NCBI GenBank assembly: GCA_965221755.1
Contig: OZ244921.1
Coordinates: 2,706,334-2,770,333, forward strand
Direction of reading: 5' to 3'
Length of the DNA stretch: 64,000 nucleotides
From: Candidatus Azophilus sp.
GTDB lineage: Bacteria > Pseudomonadota > Gammaproteobacteria > Pseudomonadales > Azotimanducaceae
In this document: piece by piece, positions 26,850 to 35,598 of the stretch
Layout of the letters: each line of letters begins with the position of its first letter
Numbering within the stretch: the stretch's first letter is position 1
Notes under the pieces: model-generated
The model's input: the letters and a program-made list of their open reading frames with translations, nothing else
The model's database searches: none
Told to the model about the DNA's origin: nothing
Position numbers and translations under genes: made by a program

Positions 26850-26945
26850 TTGCCCGCGGAGCGGGTGCGCTGGGGTTTCGCTGGCACCAAACTCCGCTGC
26901 CGTTGCGCGGGCCAAGTTCCTAAATGTTTCTGAGCTCGCACACAA
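26850..26945 (+). repeat. REP/MITE-like element family A
   Basis: GGGGTTTCGCtggcaCCAAACTCC (26872-26895) ...GTTCCTAAATGTTTCTGAGC. Confidence 0.7.
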
Positions 26946-26968
26946 AACACGGGTCAACAGGAGGGCAA

Positions 26969-27517
26969 GTGGCGACAATTTACATGGTGCGGCATGGCCG
27001 TGCGCAAGCCAATGCCCCGGATCCACGTGACCCGGGGCTGGACGACCTGGGCCGCCGGCAAGCCCGCGAGACGGCCGCCGCCCTGGCCCCCAAGGGGCCG
27101 TTGCCCATCCATTCCAGCCCCTTCGTCCGCGCCCGGGAGACCGCCGCCGCCCTGGCGGACCTTTGGGAGGCGGAGGTGGCCATTGAACCCCGGGTCGCCG
27201 AAATCCCGTTTCCCACGACGGACTTGGCCGAGCGGCGCGCATGGCTGCGTCGGGCCATGGCCGGCGGCTGGTCCAGCTTGGATGACCACTTGCAGTCGTG
27301 GCGGCGCGACTTGGTGGATTGCGTGGTGCGCCTCGACCGCGACTGCGTGGTGTTCTGCCATTTCATCGCCATCAACGTGGTGGCCGGCGCTACCCAAGGC
27401 GATGACCGGCTGGTGGTCTTCCAACCCGACAACGCTTCGGTCACCGTCTTCAACAACGATGGCGGCAGGCTGCGCCTGCTTGAGTTCGGCCGGGAGGCGG
27501 CGACCAAGGTGAATTGA
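26969..27517 (+). CDS. histidine phosphatase family protein (phosphoglycerate-mutase-like)
   Basis: AGGAGG is followed by GTG 26969. RHG motif (IYMVRHGRAQAN); HFIAINV near the C-terminus. Confidence 0.7.
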   Translation: MATIYMVRHGRAQANAPDPRDPGLDDLGRRQARETAAALAPKGPLPIHSSPFVRARETAAALADLWEAEVAIEPRVAEIPFPTTDLAERRAWLRRAMAGGWSSLDDHLQSWRRDLVDCVVRLDRDCVVFCHFIAINVVAGATQGDDRLVVFQPDNASVTVFNNDGGRLRLLEFGREAATKVN

Positions 27518-27544
27518 GGAACCGGGCGGAGCTTGCAATCGAAT

Positions 27545-27640
27545 GCGCGCGGGCTTCAGAGACGCAGCGGAATCCGACCTACGCGACGAGCGCGCGGTTT
27601 CGCGGCAGCGAAACTCAAACGCACCCGCGCATCCTTGACT
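27545..27640 (-). repeat. REP/MITE-like element family A (inverted orientation)
   Basis: GCGGTTTCGCggcaGCGAAACTC at 27595-27616, preceded by ...CAGCGGAATCCGACCTACGCGACGAGCGCGC, the reverse complement of the family tail. Confidence 0.6.
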
Positions 27641-27936
27641 TTTTGAGGAATGCGTCGCGAAACTTGGGCTTTGCGCTGGTTTGAAGGCCAGTGCTCCGTC
27701 CTTTGAATAAGCGGGTTTTGCGTTTCGGTTCTCGGCAAGAGGGCGCTGCGGCCCCGTGTGGCAGGCTGCGCGCGATTTCGGCCAAAGGGCCGCAGAACAT
27801 GACAGGCTGCTGAGGCAATCCCGCTGCCAAGGGCGAGCGGTTGCGCGGGCCATGCGGGCTGCCTGGATGACGGTTGCTGATCGTCAAGTCCCGGAATGCC
27901 CAGGTCGGGCATTCCAATCCCGCGCTACCGGCGGGG

Positions 27937-29151
27937 TCAATGGCTCACCGATTCCTCCAGCACCACGAAGCGCCCGTCCTGAACCTGCGACAGAACGCTC
28001 GCCTCCACTCCGTGGTGCCTTTCAGGCGAGAAGGAGACGCTGTAGCCGAAAATGTCCGTGTAATCCCGAATGGCCTGAATCCCCTTGACCAGCGCTTCGA
28101 CCGTCAGGTCGCGTCCGGCGTTCTCCAAGGCCAGCATGGTCAGGTCGGCTGCGCGGTAGCCCTCCATCGCCGCCAGTCCGGGATCCTGGCGGTACTTGTC
28201 CCTGTAACTGTTCCACCACGCCTGCACTGCGGGCGGCTTCGGATCATCCGGGTAGATCTTGGCCATGTGCGAGAACACGTAGTACCCCTCGCCGCTTTCG
28301 TGGTCGGCAATGGCCTGGGCGTAGGTTGCGTTGGTGCCCACCCAGGCGACGTCCTCCCATCCCAGTCTGCGGGCGGCGTCGAGAATGAGGATCGTGTCCT
28401 GATGCACGGTGCCCATGGCCACCATGTCGCACCCGGCCTCCCGCAGCTGCAGGACGGCATCCGTGAAATCCTCCGCCGCCGGCTCGTGGGAGGAGCGGGC
28501 GGTCAGGCGCAGGCCCATGCCCGCCAATTGGCTTTCGGCGGCGTCAAGCGTCTCACGCCCGTACTCGGACTCGTGGTGGATGACGCAGACGGACTGCTTG
28601 CCCTTGTTCTCGACGAAGTGCCGCACCGCGGCGCGGACCTCGTTGTAGTAGATGCCGCGCTGGGTGAACTTCAGGGGATGGAACGGCTCCACCATCTGGC
28701 GCCCGCCGCTGCCGGCGAAGAGGTTCGGAACCCCGGCCATGAACAGCCTCGGCATGATGGCGTTGTTCATCGGCGTCCCCAACCCCATCAGCATGGCGAA
28801 GATGCCGTCCCGGTCGAGGAGCTTGTTGGTGGCCTGAATCGCCTTGGGCAGCTCGTAGGCCGTGTCCTCCACCACTAGGCGGATCAGCCGCCCATGCACG
28901 CCCCCCGCCGCGTTGGCCTCGTCGAAGCGCATGCGCGCGCCATTGGTGGCGCCGACGCCCCAGATGGCCGCCGGACCGGACAGGTCCGTATGGCTGCCGA
29001 TGATGATCTCGGTCTCGGTGACGCCACGCACTGAGGGGGTGCCGGAGCCGCCTTCCTCCGTCATTTCCGCGCCGTCCGCGCCGTCCGCGCCATCTCCGCC
29101 GCAGCCCGCCAAAGCCAGTGCGCCAGCCAACAGGAATTTCAACCCTCTCAT
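27937..29151 (-). CDS. ABC transporter substrate-binding lipoprotein, branched-chain amino acid (LivK) family
   Basis: From ATG 29151: MRGLKFLLAGALALAGCGG (lipobox), then ...EIIIGSHTDLSGPAAIWGVGATNGARMRFDEANAAGGVHGRLIRLVVEDTAY. No permease or ATPase genes are adjacent. The track ORF is extended to 29526. Confidence 0.8.
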   Translation of the reverse strand: MRGLKFLLAGALALAGCGGDGADGADGAEMTEEGGSGTPSVRGVTETEIIIGSHTDLSGPAAIWGVGATNGARMRFDEANAAGGVHGRLIRLVVEDTAYELPKAIQATNKLLDRDGIFAMLMGLGTPMNNAIMPRLFMAGVPNLFAGSGGRQMVEPFHPLKFTQRGIYYNEVRAAVRHFVENKGKQSVCVIHHESEYGRETLDAAESQLAGMGLRLTARSSHEPAAEDFTDAVLQLREAGCDMVAMGTVHQDTILILDAARRLGWEDVAWVGTNATYAQAIADHESGEGYYVFSHMAKIYPDDPKPPAVQAWWNSYRDKYRQDPGLAAMEGYRAADLTMLALENAGRDLTVEALVKGIQAIRDYTDIFGYSVSFSPERHHGVEASVLSQVQDGRFVVLEESVSH

Positions 29152-29547
29152 CAACGACGGCCTCCTCAACCCCAACGTGGGCGAGGGGGCATTGTACTCA
29201 AGCGCGGCGCTTGACGGAATGATGGCCGTTCGGAATTTGAGGGCATTAACTGCCACTGCCGGCGTCTTGGGGAGCAAGTTCAGCGAACAGGCGCTTTCCC
29301 GCCGCCTGTCGGTCTTCCGTGAGTTGCGATGAGGTTGCGCGGAACTGCCGAAGGCCCGGAACGCAACCCATCCCGCCCGGCCCACTGGCCGGGGGCGGCA
29401 TTTCCATTGGCCATGCGCTGAAATGCGCGATCCGTGCCGGAGCTTGGGCTGGAGTTCGCCCCAGCGAAAAACCGAAGGCGCCGGCCAAAACACGGTCAAC
29501 TTCCTGTATGATCGCGGGGCGGACAACCACTAAGGAGCCAGATATGA

Positions 29548-29561
29548 CCCCCCCCCCCCCC
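29548..29561. repeat. C14 homopolymer immediately after SD-ATG (29532-29546)
   Basis: Counted directly: 3+10+1 C. AAGGAG 29532-29537, ATG 29544-29546. Confidence 0.95.
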
Positions 29562-29598
29562 GACCCTCACTAGTAGATTAGCCACCGCCTCGCTTGCG

Positions 29599-30297
29599 TT
29601 GGTGATGGCGGCGCTGGCCATGCCAGCGGCGGCGCAGGTGCCAACACTCGGCATTGGCTGGGGAAGTGCATTAAGGGACGCAGGAACCCATGGTGAAAAC
29701 CTTAATGCCGGATGCTTCTCAAACCTGTTCCTCAGGGCAAGCAGCGGCGGCGGGAACGTAACAGTTCACTTGATGGCCATTCCCGTGTCTGGCCCGAATC
29801 GGCTGCACGACCTTGGCGTGCCAGCCTATGTGGCGACCGGCAGTGCCGAGATCAGGACACAGAGCCGGTTCACGCACAGCCTCTCCACAACTGCGACGCG
29901 GGTTCCCTCGGGTAACACGATCTGCATCGGAAACAACAAGATACAGCAGGACGTGAGCGTGATCCGAGTCCTGTTGATGCGGGGTTCCGGGTACACGGTC
30001 GACCCGGAAAATCGGTCGATAGACGTGAGAGTCTATGACCTTGATACATGCGCTAGTCCAGATGATCTTCCCGAAAACGGGGGCGTCGTTTACAAGTTCA
30101 ACGGAAGCGGCGGCGCGTGGGGCACCTGCAGATGCAGGGAAGAGAGCGCGCACCCGGAAGTCCGGCGGTTGGCAACCTACGATTCGAGACAGTCCCGAGC
30201 GGCTTGGCAGGCTGGATTAAAGCTACTCGGCCAGAAGTTCCACGACCCTGAATACCTCTACTGCGATGAATCGCCTTGGAAGGGCCTCCCGCAATGA
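29599..30297 (+). CDS. secreted Cys-containing protein of unknown function; native start probably ATG 29544 in a different homopolymer-length state
   Basis: The ORF frame is open back to 29548. With C13 or C16 the ATG at 29544 gives MTPPPPTLTSRLATASLALVMAALAMPAAAQVPTLG, a full signal peptide. I recognise no family. Confidence 0.6.
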   Translation: MVMAALAMPAAAQVPTLGIGWGSALRDAGTHGENLNAGCFSNLFLRASSGGGNVTVHLMAIPVSGPNRLHDLGVPAYVATGSAEIRTQSRFTHSLSTTATRVPSGNTICIGNNKIQQDVSVIRVLLMRGSGYTVDPENRSIDVRVYDLDTCASPDDLPENGGVVYKFNGSGGAWGTCRCREESAHPEVRRLATYDSRQSRAAWQAGLKLLGQKFHDPEYLYCDESPWKGLPQ

Positions 30298-30755
30298 ACT
30301 GATCCGCACGATCGGAACTCGCGCTTGAGGGCGGCTTCCAGGCCGCCCTTTTGCCATGAGGAACCCTGCTCGCTCCGGCGCGCCTAACGAGCCGCTTATG
30401 TTGACAGGGGGCTCGTCGATCACCAACCCGAAGCGAGGGGTGCTGAAGTGAAGGACACATGGCCCAAGCGATAAAGTCGGGGCGTTAATCCCGCAAAATT
30501 CCGAACGGCTATCAAATTCCGAACGGCTATGGGACGGAATGCCGTGAGCTTTCGGCCCGATCAGGCCGAAAGCTCGATTGGAGTCTGGCAGCCGCCAGAC
30601 TCCGCGAGCATCGCCTGTTGCCGATTGCGCCGATTGGTCCCCACCCGTTGCCGCTTCGTTCCCGCGATTGCCGTTTCGTCGCATGGCCGTTGTCAAACCG
30701 GCGCCGGCAACGTTAGTTTGGACGGCGGATCAGCAAGTTTCCCTTGGGAGCGCAG

Positions 30756-31262
30756 ATGAAAACCAGCAGGCGCGACCTGACGGTCGCGGATGGAGTTTCG
30801 CTTACCGCGAAACTCCGCGCTCGTCGCTTAGATCAGATTCCGGTATGTTTCATCAACTCGTGCCTGCTCGCCGCGGCGCTTGGCGTCCCTGCCCAAGCCG
30901 CGTCCGAGACCTTGACCATCGTGATCGAAGACATCCGCGACGCCAGCGGCACCGTGCAGGTGCAGGTGCTGGCCGGACAGGCGCAGTTTGAAGGAGGTGG
31001 CGCGGCGGCGCAGTTCATTGAGGTGGCCGTGGAAGGTTCGCTGACCCTCGCGGCAGATGGCCTTGCGCCCGGAGAGTACGCCATCCGGGTCATGCACGAC
31101 CTGAACGGCAATGATGAGCTTGACGCCAATTTCGTCGGCCTGCCCACCGAACCCTACGGTTTCTCCAACAACGCCAAGGGCCGGTTTGGCCCGGCCCAGT
31201 GGAAAGACGCGCGCTTTGAGCTTGACGGCGACGTCGCCCAAGTGATCCGTCTGGTCCACTAG
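30756..31262 (+). CDS. DUF2141 domain protein (secreted)
   Basis: YAIRVMHDLNGNDELDANFVGLPTEPYGFSNNAKGRFGPAQWKDARFEL is the DUF2141 signature. GGGAG is followed by ATG 30756. Codons ~6-33 are encoded by a family-A repeat copy, so the start is uncertain. Confidence 0.7.
   Translation: MKTSRRDLTVADGVSLTAKLRARRLDQIPVCFINSCLLAAALGVPAQAASETLTIVIEDIRDASGTVQVQVLAGQAQFEGGGAAAQFIEVAVEGSLTLAADGLAPGEYAIRVMHDLNGNDELDANFVGLPTEPYGFSNNAKGRFGPAQWKDARFELDGDVAQVIRLVH
30768..30855 (+). repeat. REP/MITE-like element family A (reference copy)
   Basis: CGCGACCtgacGGTCGCG + GGAGTTTCGCttacCGCGAAACTCC (30792-30816) + GCGCTCGTCGCTTAGATCAGATTCCGGTATGTTTC. Confidence 0.8.
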
Positions 31263-31302
31263 CTAGATGGGAGCGGAGCGCCAATCGCGCAAAGGCGGGA
31301 AC

Positions 31303-32838
31303 ATGAAAAGGCGGGAATTTACGAAGCTGCTGGCGTTGCTGGCCTGCCCTTGGCCGGCCCGCGCCCTTGCCCCAAGCGAGGATGCGGACTTCTCGGAGCG
31401 CTTTGCGAAGGCCCTGCGCAAGCGGCCTTGGCTGGCGGCTTGGGGCAATGTCGAACGTGAACGCCGCCAAGGCGATGCGGCCGTTTCCGGCCGCTGGCCG
31501 GAGGAGCTGCGCGGCACCCTGTACCGCACCGGCCCGGCCCAGCACGAGGTCCACGGCTACCGCAACCACCACTGGTTCGACGGCGACGGCATGGTGCAGG
31601 CTTGGCGGATCGACGGCAATGGCGTGCATCATCAGGCGCGGCTGGTGGAAACCGCCAAGGTGCGAGCGGAACGCGCCGCGGGCCGGGCCTTGTACCCCGG
31701 CCTGATGGCAGCGCCGCCCTGCGCTTCCGGGCTGACCCGCCCCGATGACGTGAACTTGGCGAACACCAGCGTTCTGCACCATCACGGTCGCCTGCTGGCG
31801 CTCTGGGAGGCCGGCAGTCCCTATGCGATCGACCCGGACGACTTGACCACGGTTGGCCCCTACTCGTTTGCCGAGGCCAGCGGCGGCTCGAACCTGCGCG
31901 GCGCGCCGTTTTCCGCCCATCCGCGAGTGGACGTGGACGGCAGCGTCTGGAACTTCGGCTACGCCTCGGCGGCGGGCCTGCTGGTGCTCTGGCACATCGG
32001 CGCCGACGGCGGGCTGCTCAGTGCCGGGCGCGTGGCGCTGAACCCGATGACCATGCCGCACGACTTCGTCGTGACCGAGCGGCACCTGGTGCTGCTGCTG
32101 CCGCCCTTTCATTACCGGCCCGAGGCGGAGGCTGAAGGGTTCCTGAACCGGCACGAATGGCGCCCGGAGGATCCGTGCCGCGCGCTGGTGGTGGACAAGA
32201 ACGACTTCTCCAGCCACTACTTCCTGGAATTGCCCGCGCAATGGGTCTTTCATTTCGGCAACGCCTGGGAGGACGGTGCCGGGGTCATCCGCTTCGATGC
32301 CGCCCGGGCGCCGGATCCGGGCGTCATGACGAGCACGTTCACGGCAATCATGCGCGGCGAGCCGATTTTCCGGGACAGCAGCCTTGCACGGCACCACAGC
32401 TATCGAATCGACACTCGGTCCCGGACGATTGCCGAGGCGGCCATGCTTGAGCCGGGGCTGCATTCCGAGTTTCCCGGCGTTGATCCGCGGGTGGGCTGCC
32501 GCCGTTACCGCAAGCTCGTGTTCCTGTCCCAGCGGGAGGGGACGCCGGCGGCGCACGGCACGTTGAACGAGGTCAGCCTGCTCGACATGGAAACCGGCCG
32601 CCGCGACTTTTTCCGCTATCCGGATGGGCGGATTCCCGAGGAGCACCTGTACGTGCCTCGGCCGGGCAGCGCCCCTGAAACCGGCGGCTGGATTCTCGGC
32701 GCCGCTTTCGACTGGCGGCGTCGGGCGCACGTGCTCAATCTGTTCGACGCCGAAGGGGTTGCCGATGGCCCGGTGGCCGCGGCGGAGCTGCCCTACGCCA
32801 TTCCGCTGGGGCTGCATGGCCAGTTCGTGGCGGGGTGA
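31303..32838 (+). CDS. carotenoid/apocarotenoid cleavage oxygenase family protein (RPE65 family), Tat-type signal
   Basis: MKRREFTKLLALLA..ARALA, then typical family blocks: GTLYRTGPA, NHHWFDGDGMV, ANTSVLHHHGRLLALWEAG, FSAHPRVD, HDFVVTERHLV, VFHFGNAWE. Confidence 0.8.
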   Translation: MKRREFTKLLALLACPWPARALAPSEDADFSERFAKALRKRPWLAAWGNVERERRQGDAAVSGRWPEELRGTLYRTGPAQHEVHGYRNHHWFDGDGMVQAWRIDGNGVHHQARLVETAKVRAERAAGRALYPGLMAAPPCASGLTRPDDVNLANTSVLHHHGRLLALWEAGSPYAIDPDDLTTVGPYSFAEASGGSNLRGAPFSAHPRVDVDGSVWNFGYASAAGLLVLWHIGADGGLLSAGRVALNPMTMPHDFVVTERHLVLLLPPFHYRPEAEAEGFLNRHEWRPEDPCRALVVDKNDFSSHYFLELPAQWVFHFGNAWEDGAGVIRFDAARAPDPGVMTSTFTAIMRGEPIFRDSSLARHHSYRIDTRSRTIAEAAMLEPGLHSEFPGVDPRVGCRRYRKLVFLSQREGTPAAHGTLNEVSLLDMETGRRDFFRYPDGRIPEEHLYVPRPGSAPETGGWILGAAFDWRRRAHVLNLFDAEGVADGPVAAAELPYAIPLGLHGQFVAG

Positions 32839-33848
32839 TCCGCTTGCGCCTGACGTCATTCGCCCTCGTCGGCCTGTTCTCGCTGGCCATCGCTGTCCTG
32901 GTCTGGTGGCTGACCGAGGACTTCGGCAGCTTTCCGCAGATTTTGCTCGTGTCGCTGTGCATCGGCTGGTCGGTGAATCTTGCCTTTGCGCTGGCGCACG
33001 AACCGCTGAGCCGGTGGCTCGGCCCTTGGCTGGCGCCGGCACCCGTGGTGGCCATCGGCCTTGCCTTCGGCCTGCTGCTGGCCGGCGCGCTCGTCGTGGG
33101 CCGGCCGCTGCACTTCTTCTCGCAGGATTTCGGCACCCCGGCGCTGGGGTTGTTCTTCGGGATCACCGGTTTCCTGATCTTCGGCGCCCGCGAGCGCCTG
33201 CGCGAAACGCGCAACTTGCTGGCCGCCGCCGAATTGAAGCAGTCGCAGCAGGAAAAGCTGCTGGCCGAAACCGAACTCCGGTTGATGCAGGCGCAGATTG
33301 AACCGCACTTCCTGTTCAACACCCTGTCCAACGTCACGCAACTGATTCGCTCGAATCCGGATCTGGCCGAGAGCACATTGGCGAACCTCACCACCTTGCT
33401 GCGCGGCTCGTTGGCCCGCACCCGGTCCAGCGACAGCACGCTCGGTCAGGAAGCCGATTTCGCCGAAGCCTACCTGGCGATCCAGGCCACCCGCATGCAG
33501 GGCCGATTGCGTTACGAGCTCGACGTGCCGGAGGCGCTGCGCGAGATTCCGCTGCCGCCGCTGCTGATTCAGCCACTGCTTGAGAACGCCGTGATCCATG
33601 GCGTTGAAGCGCAGCCGGAAGGCGGCGAAATCCTGTTCACCGCCCGGCAAATGGACGGTGAGCTGATGCTCGACGTCAGCGACACCGGCGCCGGCGTCAG
33701 CGAGGGCGAGAACTTGAGCGGCACGGGATTGCGCAATGTGCGCGACCGGCTGCGCCTGCGCTACGGACCGGCTGCGTCGCTGTCGTTGGCCTCGGCCTTT
33801 CCGGATGGGTTCCATGCCTCGATCGGCATTCCGCTCGCCGAGCCGTGA
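32835..33848 (+). CDS. LytS/YehU-type sensor histidine kinase
   Basis: Multi-TM N-terminus, then LMQAQIEPHFLFNTLSNV (His_kinase PF06580 signature) and an HATPase block LLIQPLLENAVIHG...DTGAG. GTGA overlap with the upstream stop. Confidence 0.8.
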   Translation: MIRLRLTSFALVGLFSLAIAVLVWWLTEDFGSFPQILLVSLCIGWSVNLAFALAHEPLSRWLGPWLAPAPVVAIGLAFGLLLAGALVVGRPLHFFSQDFGTPALGLFFGITGFLIFGARERLRETRNLLAAAELKQSQQEKLLAETELRLMQAQIEPHFLFNTLSNVTQLIRSNPDLAESTLANLTTLLRGSLARTRSSDSTLGQEADFAEAYLAIQATRMQGRLRYELDVPEALREIPLPPLLIQPLLENAVIHGVEAQPEGGEILFTARQMDGELMLDVSDTGAGVSEGENLSGTGLRNVRDRLRLRYGPAASLSLASAFPDGFHASIGIPLAEP

Positions 33849-34585
33849 CCCGCGCCCTGATCCTCGAGGACGAACCGCTGCTGGCCACCCAGTTGCGCGG
33901 CAAGCTGGCGCTGCTGTGGCCCGAATTGGAGATCGTCGGCATGCCCGTTGAAGGCCGGGAGGCGCTTCGTTTGGCCCGGGACGCGCAGCCGGACGTCGCT
34001 TTTCTCGACATTCGGCTGCCGGGCATGTCCGGGCTGGAGGTGGCCGCCGCCCTGCCCGGCCACACCAAGGTGGTGTTCGTCACCGCCCACGATGAGTTCG
34101 CCGTGGAGGCCTTCCGTGCCGCCGCGGTGGACTACCTGCTCAAGCCGGTCAGCAACAAGCGCTTGGCGGCCACCATCAAGCGATTGCGCCGCGACGAGAC
34201 CCAGAACCGAGCGGAACTGCTGGCGCTGCTGCAGCGGATTGGCGCGGGCGCCGCGCCCACCCACCTGCATTGGATTCGCGCCGGCATCGGCGAGGCCACG
34301 GCGCTTGTGTCCGTGGACGAAGTGATCTACTTCCGCGCCGACGCCAAGTACACCAGCGTCATGACCCGCGAGCGCGAATACCTTGTGCGGCGCGCCATCA
34401 GCCAGTTGGAACCGCAACTCGACCCGGATCAATTCTGGCGCATCCATCGCAGCCTCATCGTGCGCGTCGATCAGATCGCCTCCGCCAGGCGCGACCTGCG
34501 CGGCCGCTACGTGCTCACCCTGCGGGACCGCCCCGAAAAACTGCGCTCCAGCCGCGCCTACGGCCACCTGTTCAAGCCAAGCTAA
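33845..34585 (+). CDS. LytTR-family response regulator
   Basis: Receiver domain (ALILEDEP...DVAFLDIRLPGMSGLEV) plus a LytTR C-terminus (YFRADAKYTSVMT...WRIHRSLIV). 4-nt overlap with the kinase gene. Confidence 0.85.
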   Translation: MTRALILEDEPLLATQLRGKLALLWPELEIVGMPVEGREALRLARDAQPDVAFLDIRLPGMSGLEVAAALPGHTKVVFVTAHDEFAVEAFRAAAVDYLLKPVSNKRLAATIKRLRRDETQNRAELLALLQRIGAGAAPTHLHWIRAGIGEATALVSVDEVIYFRADAKYTSVMTREREYLVRRAISQLEPQLDPDQFWRIHRSLIVRVDQIASARRDLRGRYVLTLRDRPEKLRSSRAYGHLFKPS

Positions 34586-35595
34586 AGATCGCTGCGCCGC
34601 AGCAGCCCCCACTCATTCTCCAAGGGCGTGACGGGCATCTTCGTCCTCGTTCGGCAGTGGCGCAGCAGCAGGCGCTCCAGGGACAGCCAAGGGTCGCCGA
34701 GCACAGTGCCCTTGACCTGCTGGTCGATGACGGCGAGTTCCGCCAGCACGGATTCGACGCCGCCGGCCCGGCGCTTGAAGTCAGCCGCCGCGCCGCGCCG
34801 GTGGGCGGGCATCCAAGCGCCGGATTCAAGGCGGCGCAGTTGGCTGGCGAAGGCGCCGAGCAGGGCCATGATGGCGACGCCCTCCTCGCGCAAGGTGCGC
34901 TGCATCCGCCGCACCCGCTTGGCGTCGCCGGCCAAGGCGGCGTCGATCAATTCGTAGGCGTCGTAGTGGGCGGTGTCCTCCACGGCGGCGGCGATGCTGC
35001 GGGCGTCAATGGGCTGGCGCAGGTCGAGCAGCTTGAGCTTCTCAATTTCCTGCACCGCCGCCAGCAGGTTGCCCTCCACCCGCTCGGCAAGATGGGCGAA
35101 GGCCTCGCGGCTGAGTTCAAGCCCCGCGTCGCGGAGGCGCGCCGCCAGCCAACCGGGCAGTTCGCGGATGCCGACGGGCCAGACCAGGACGATGACGCCG
35201 GCCTTGTCCAGGGCCTTGAACCAGGCGCTCGACCGCTGCCGTCCTTCGAGGCGCCCGGTGCGGATCAGCAGCAGCACGTCCTCGTGTTGGGCGCCAGCGT
35301 ACTCACGCAGGATGTCGGATGCCTTGCGGTCGATCTTGTTGGCGGGCGGGCGCAGGTCGATCACCTTGCGCTCCGCGAACAGCGATTGGCTGGCGGCTTC
35401 GGCGACGAGCTCGCTCCAGTTGAAGCCGCTCTCGAAGTGCATGATCCGGCGTTCGGAATAGCCTTGGCGGCGGGCAGCGGCGAGGATGGCGTCGCAAGCC
35501 TCCTCGACCAGCAGGGTTTCATCGCCCGACACGAGGTATAGCGGCGAAAGCCCTTTCTCCAGTCGCGCCCTTAAGGCTTCAGGCTTGATTTGCAT
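34582..35595 (-). CDS. holA: DNA polymerase III subunit delta
   Basis: MQIKPEALRARLEKGLSPLYLVSGDETLLVEEACDAI...; conserved position downstream of lptE. Confidence 0.85.
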   Translation of the reverse strand: MQIKPEALRARLEKGLSPLYLVSGDETLLVEEACDAILAAARRQGYSERRIMHFESGFNWSELVAEAASQSLFAERKVIDLRPPANKIDRKASDILREYAGAQHEDVLLLIRTGRLEGRQRSSAWFKALDKAGVIVLVWPVGIRELPGWLAARLRDAGLELSREAFAHLAERVEGNLLAAVQEIEKLKLLDLRQPIDARSIAAAVEDTAHYDAYELIDAALAGDAKRVRRMQRTLREEGVAIMALLGAFASQLRRLESGAWMPAHRRGAAADFKRRAGGVESVLAELAVIDQQVKGTVLGDPWLSLERLLLRHCRTRTKMPVTPLENEWGLLRRSDL

Positions 35596-35598
35596 CAG

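Noticed and set aside
9420-26860. Searched the island for a PLD (HxKxxxxD) DrmC-like gene, for DruA-D/F-H-like partners, and for an integrase or a direct repeat of the tRNA 3' ends
   Set aside because: None was found by eye in any frame of the ORF track. Absence of an att repeat needs a computational check, so this is reported only as 'not seen'.
26954-27853. 299-aa minus-strand ORF over the histidine phosphatase gene and the repeat region
   Set aside because: It is antisense to an ORF with a clear RHG motif and SD, and it runs across two family-A repeats.
31090-33042. 650-aa minus-strand ORF over the carotenoid oxygenase and kinase genes (likewise 32856..33815 and 33761..34612)
   Set aside because: These are Arg/Pro/Gly-rich shadows. 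The plus-strand genes have unmistakable family blocks and operon-style overlaps.
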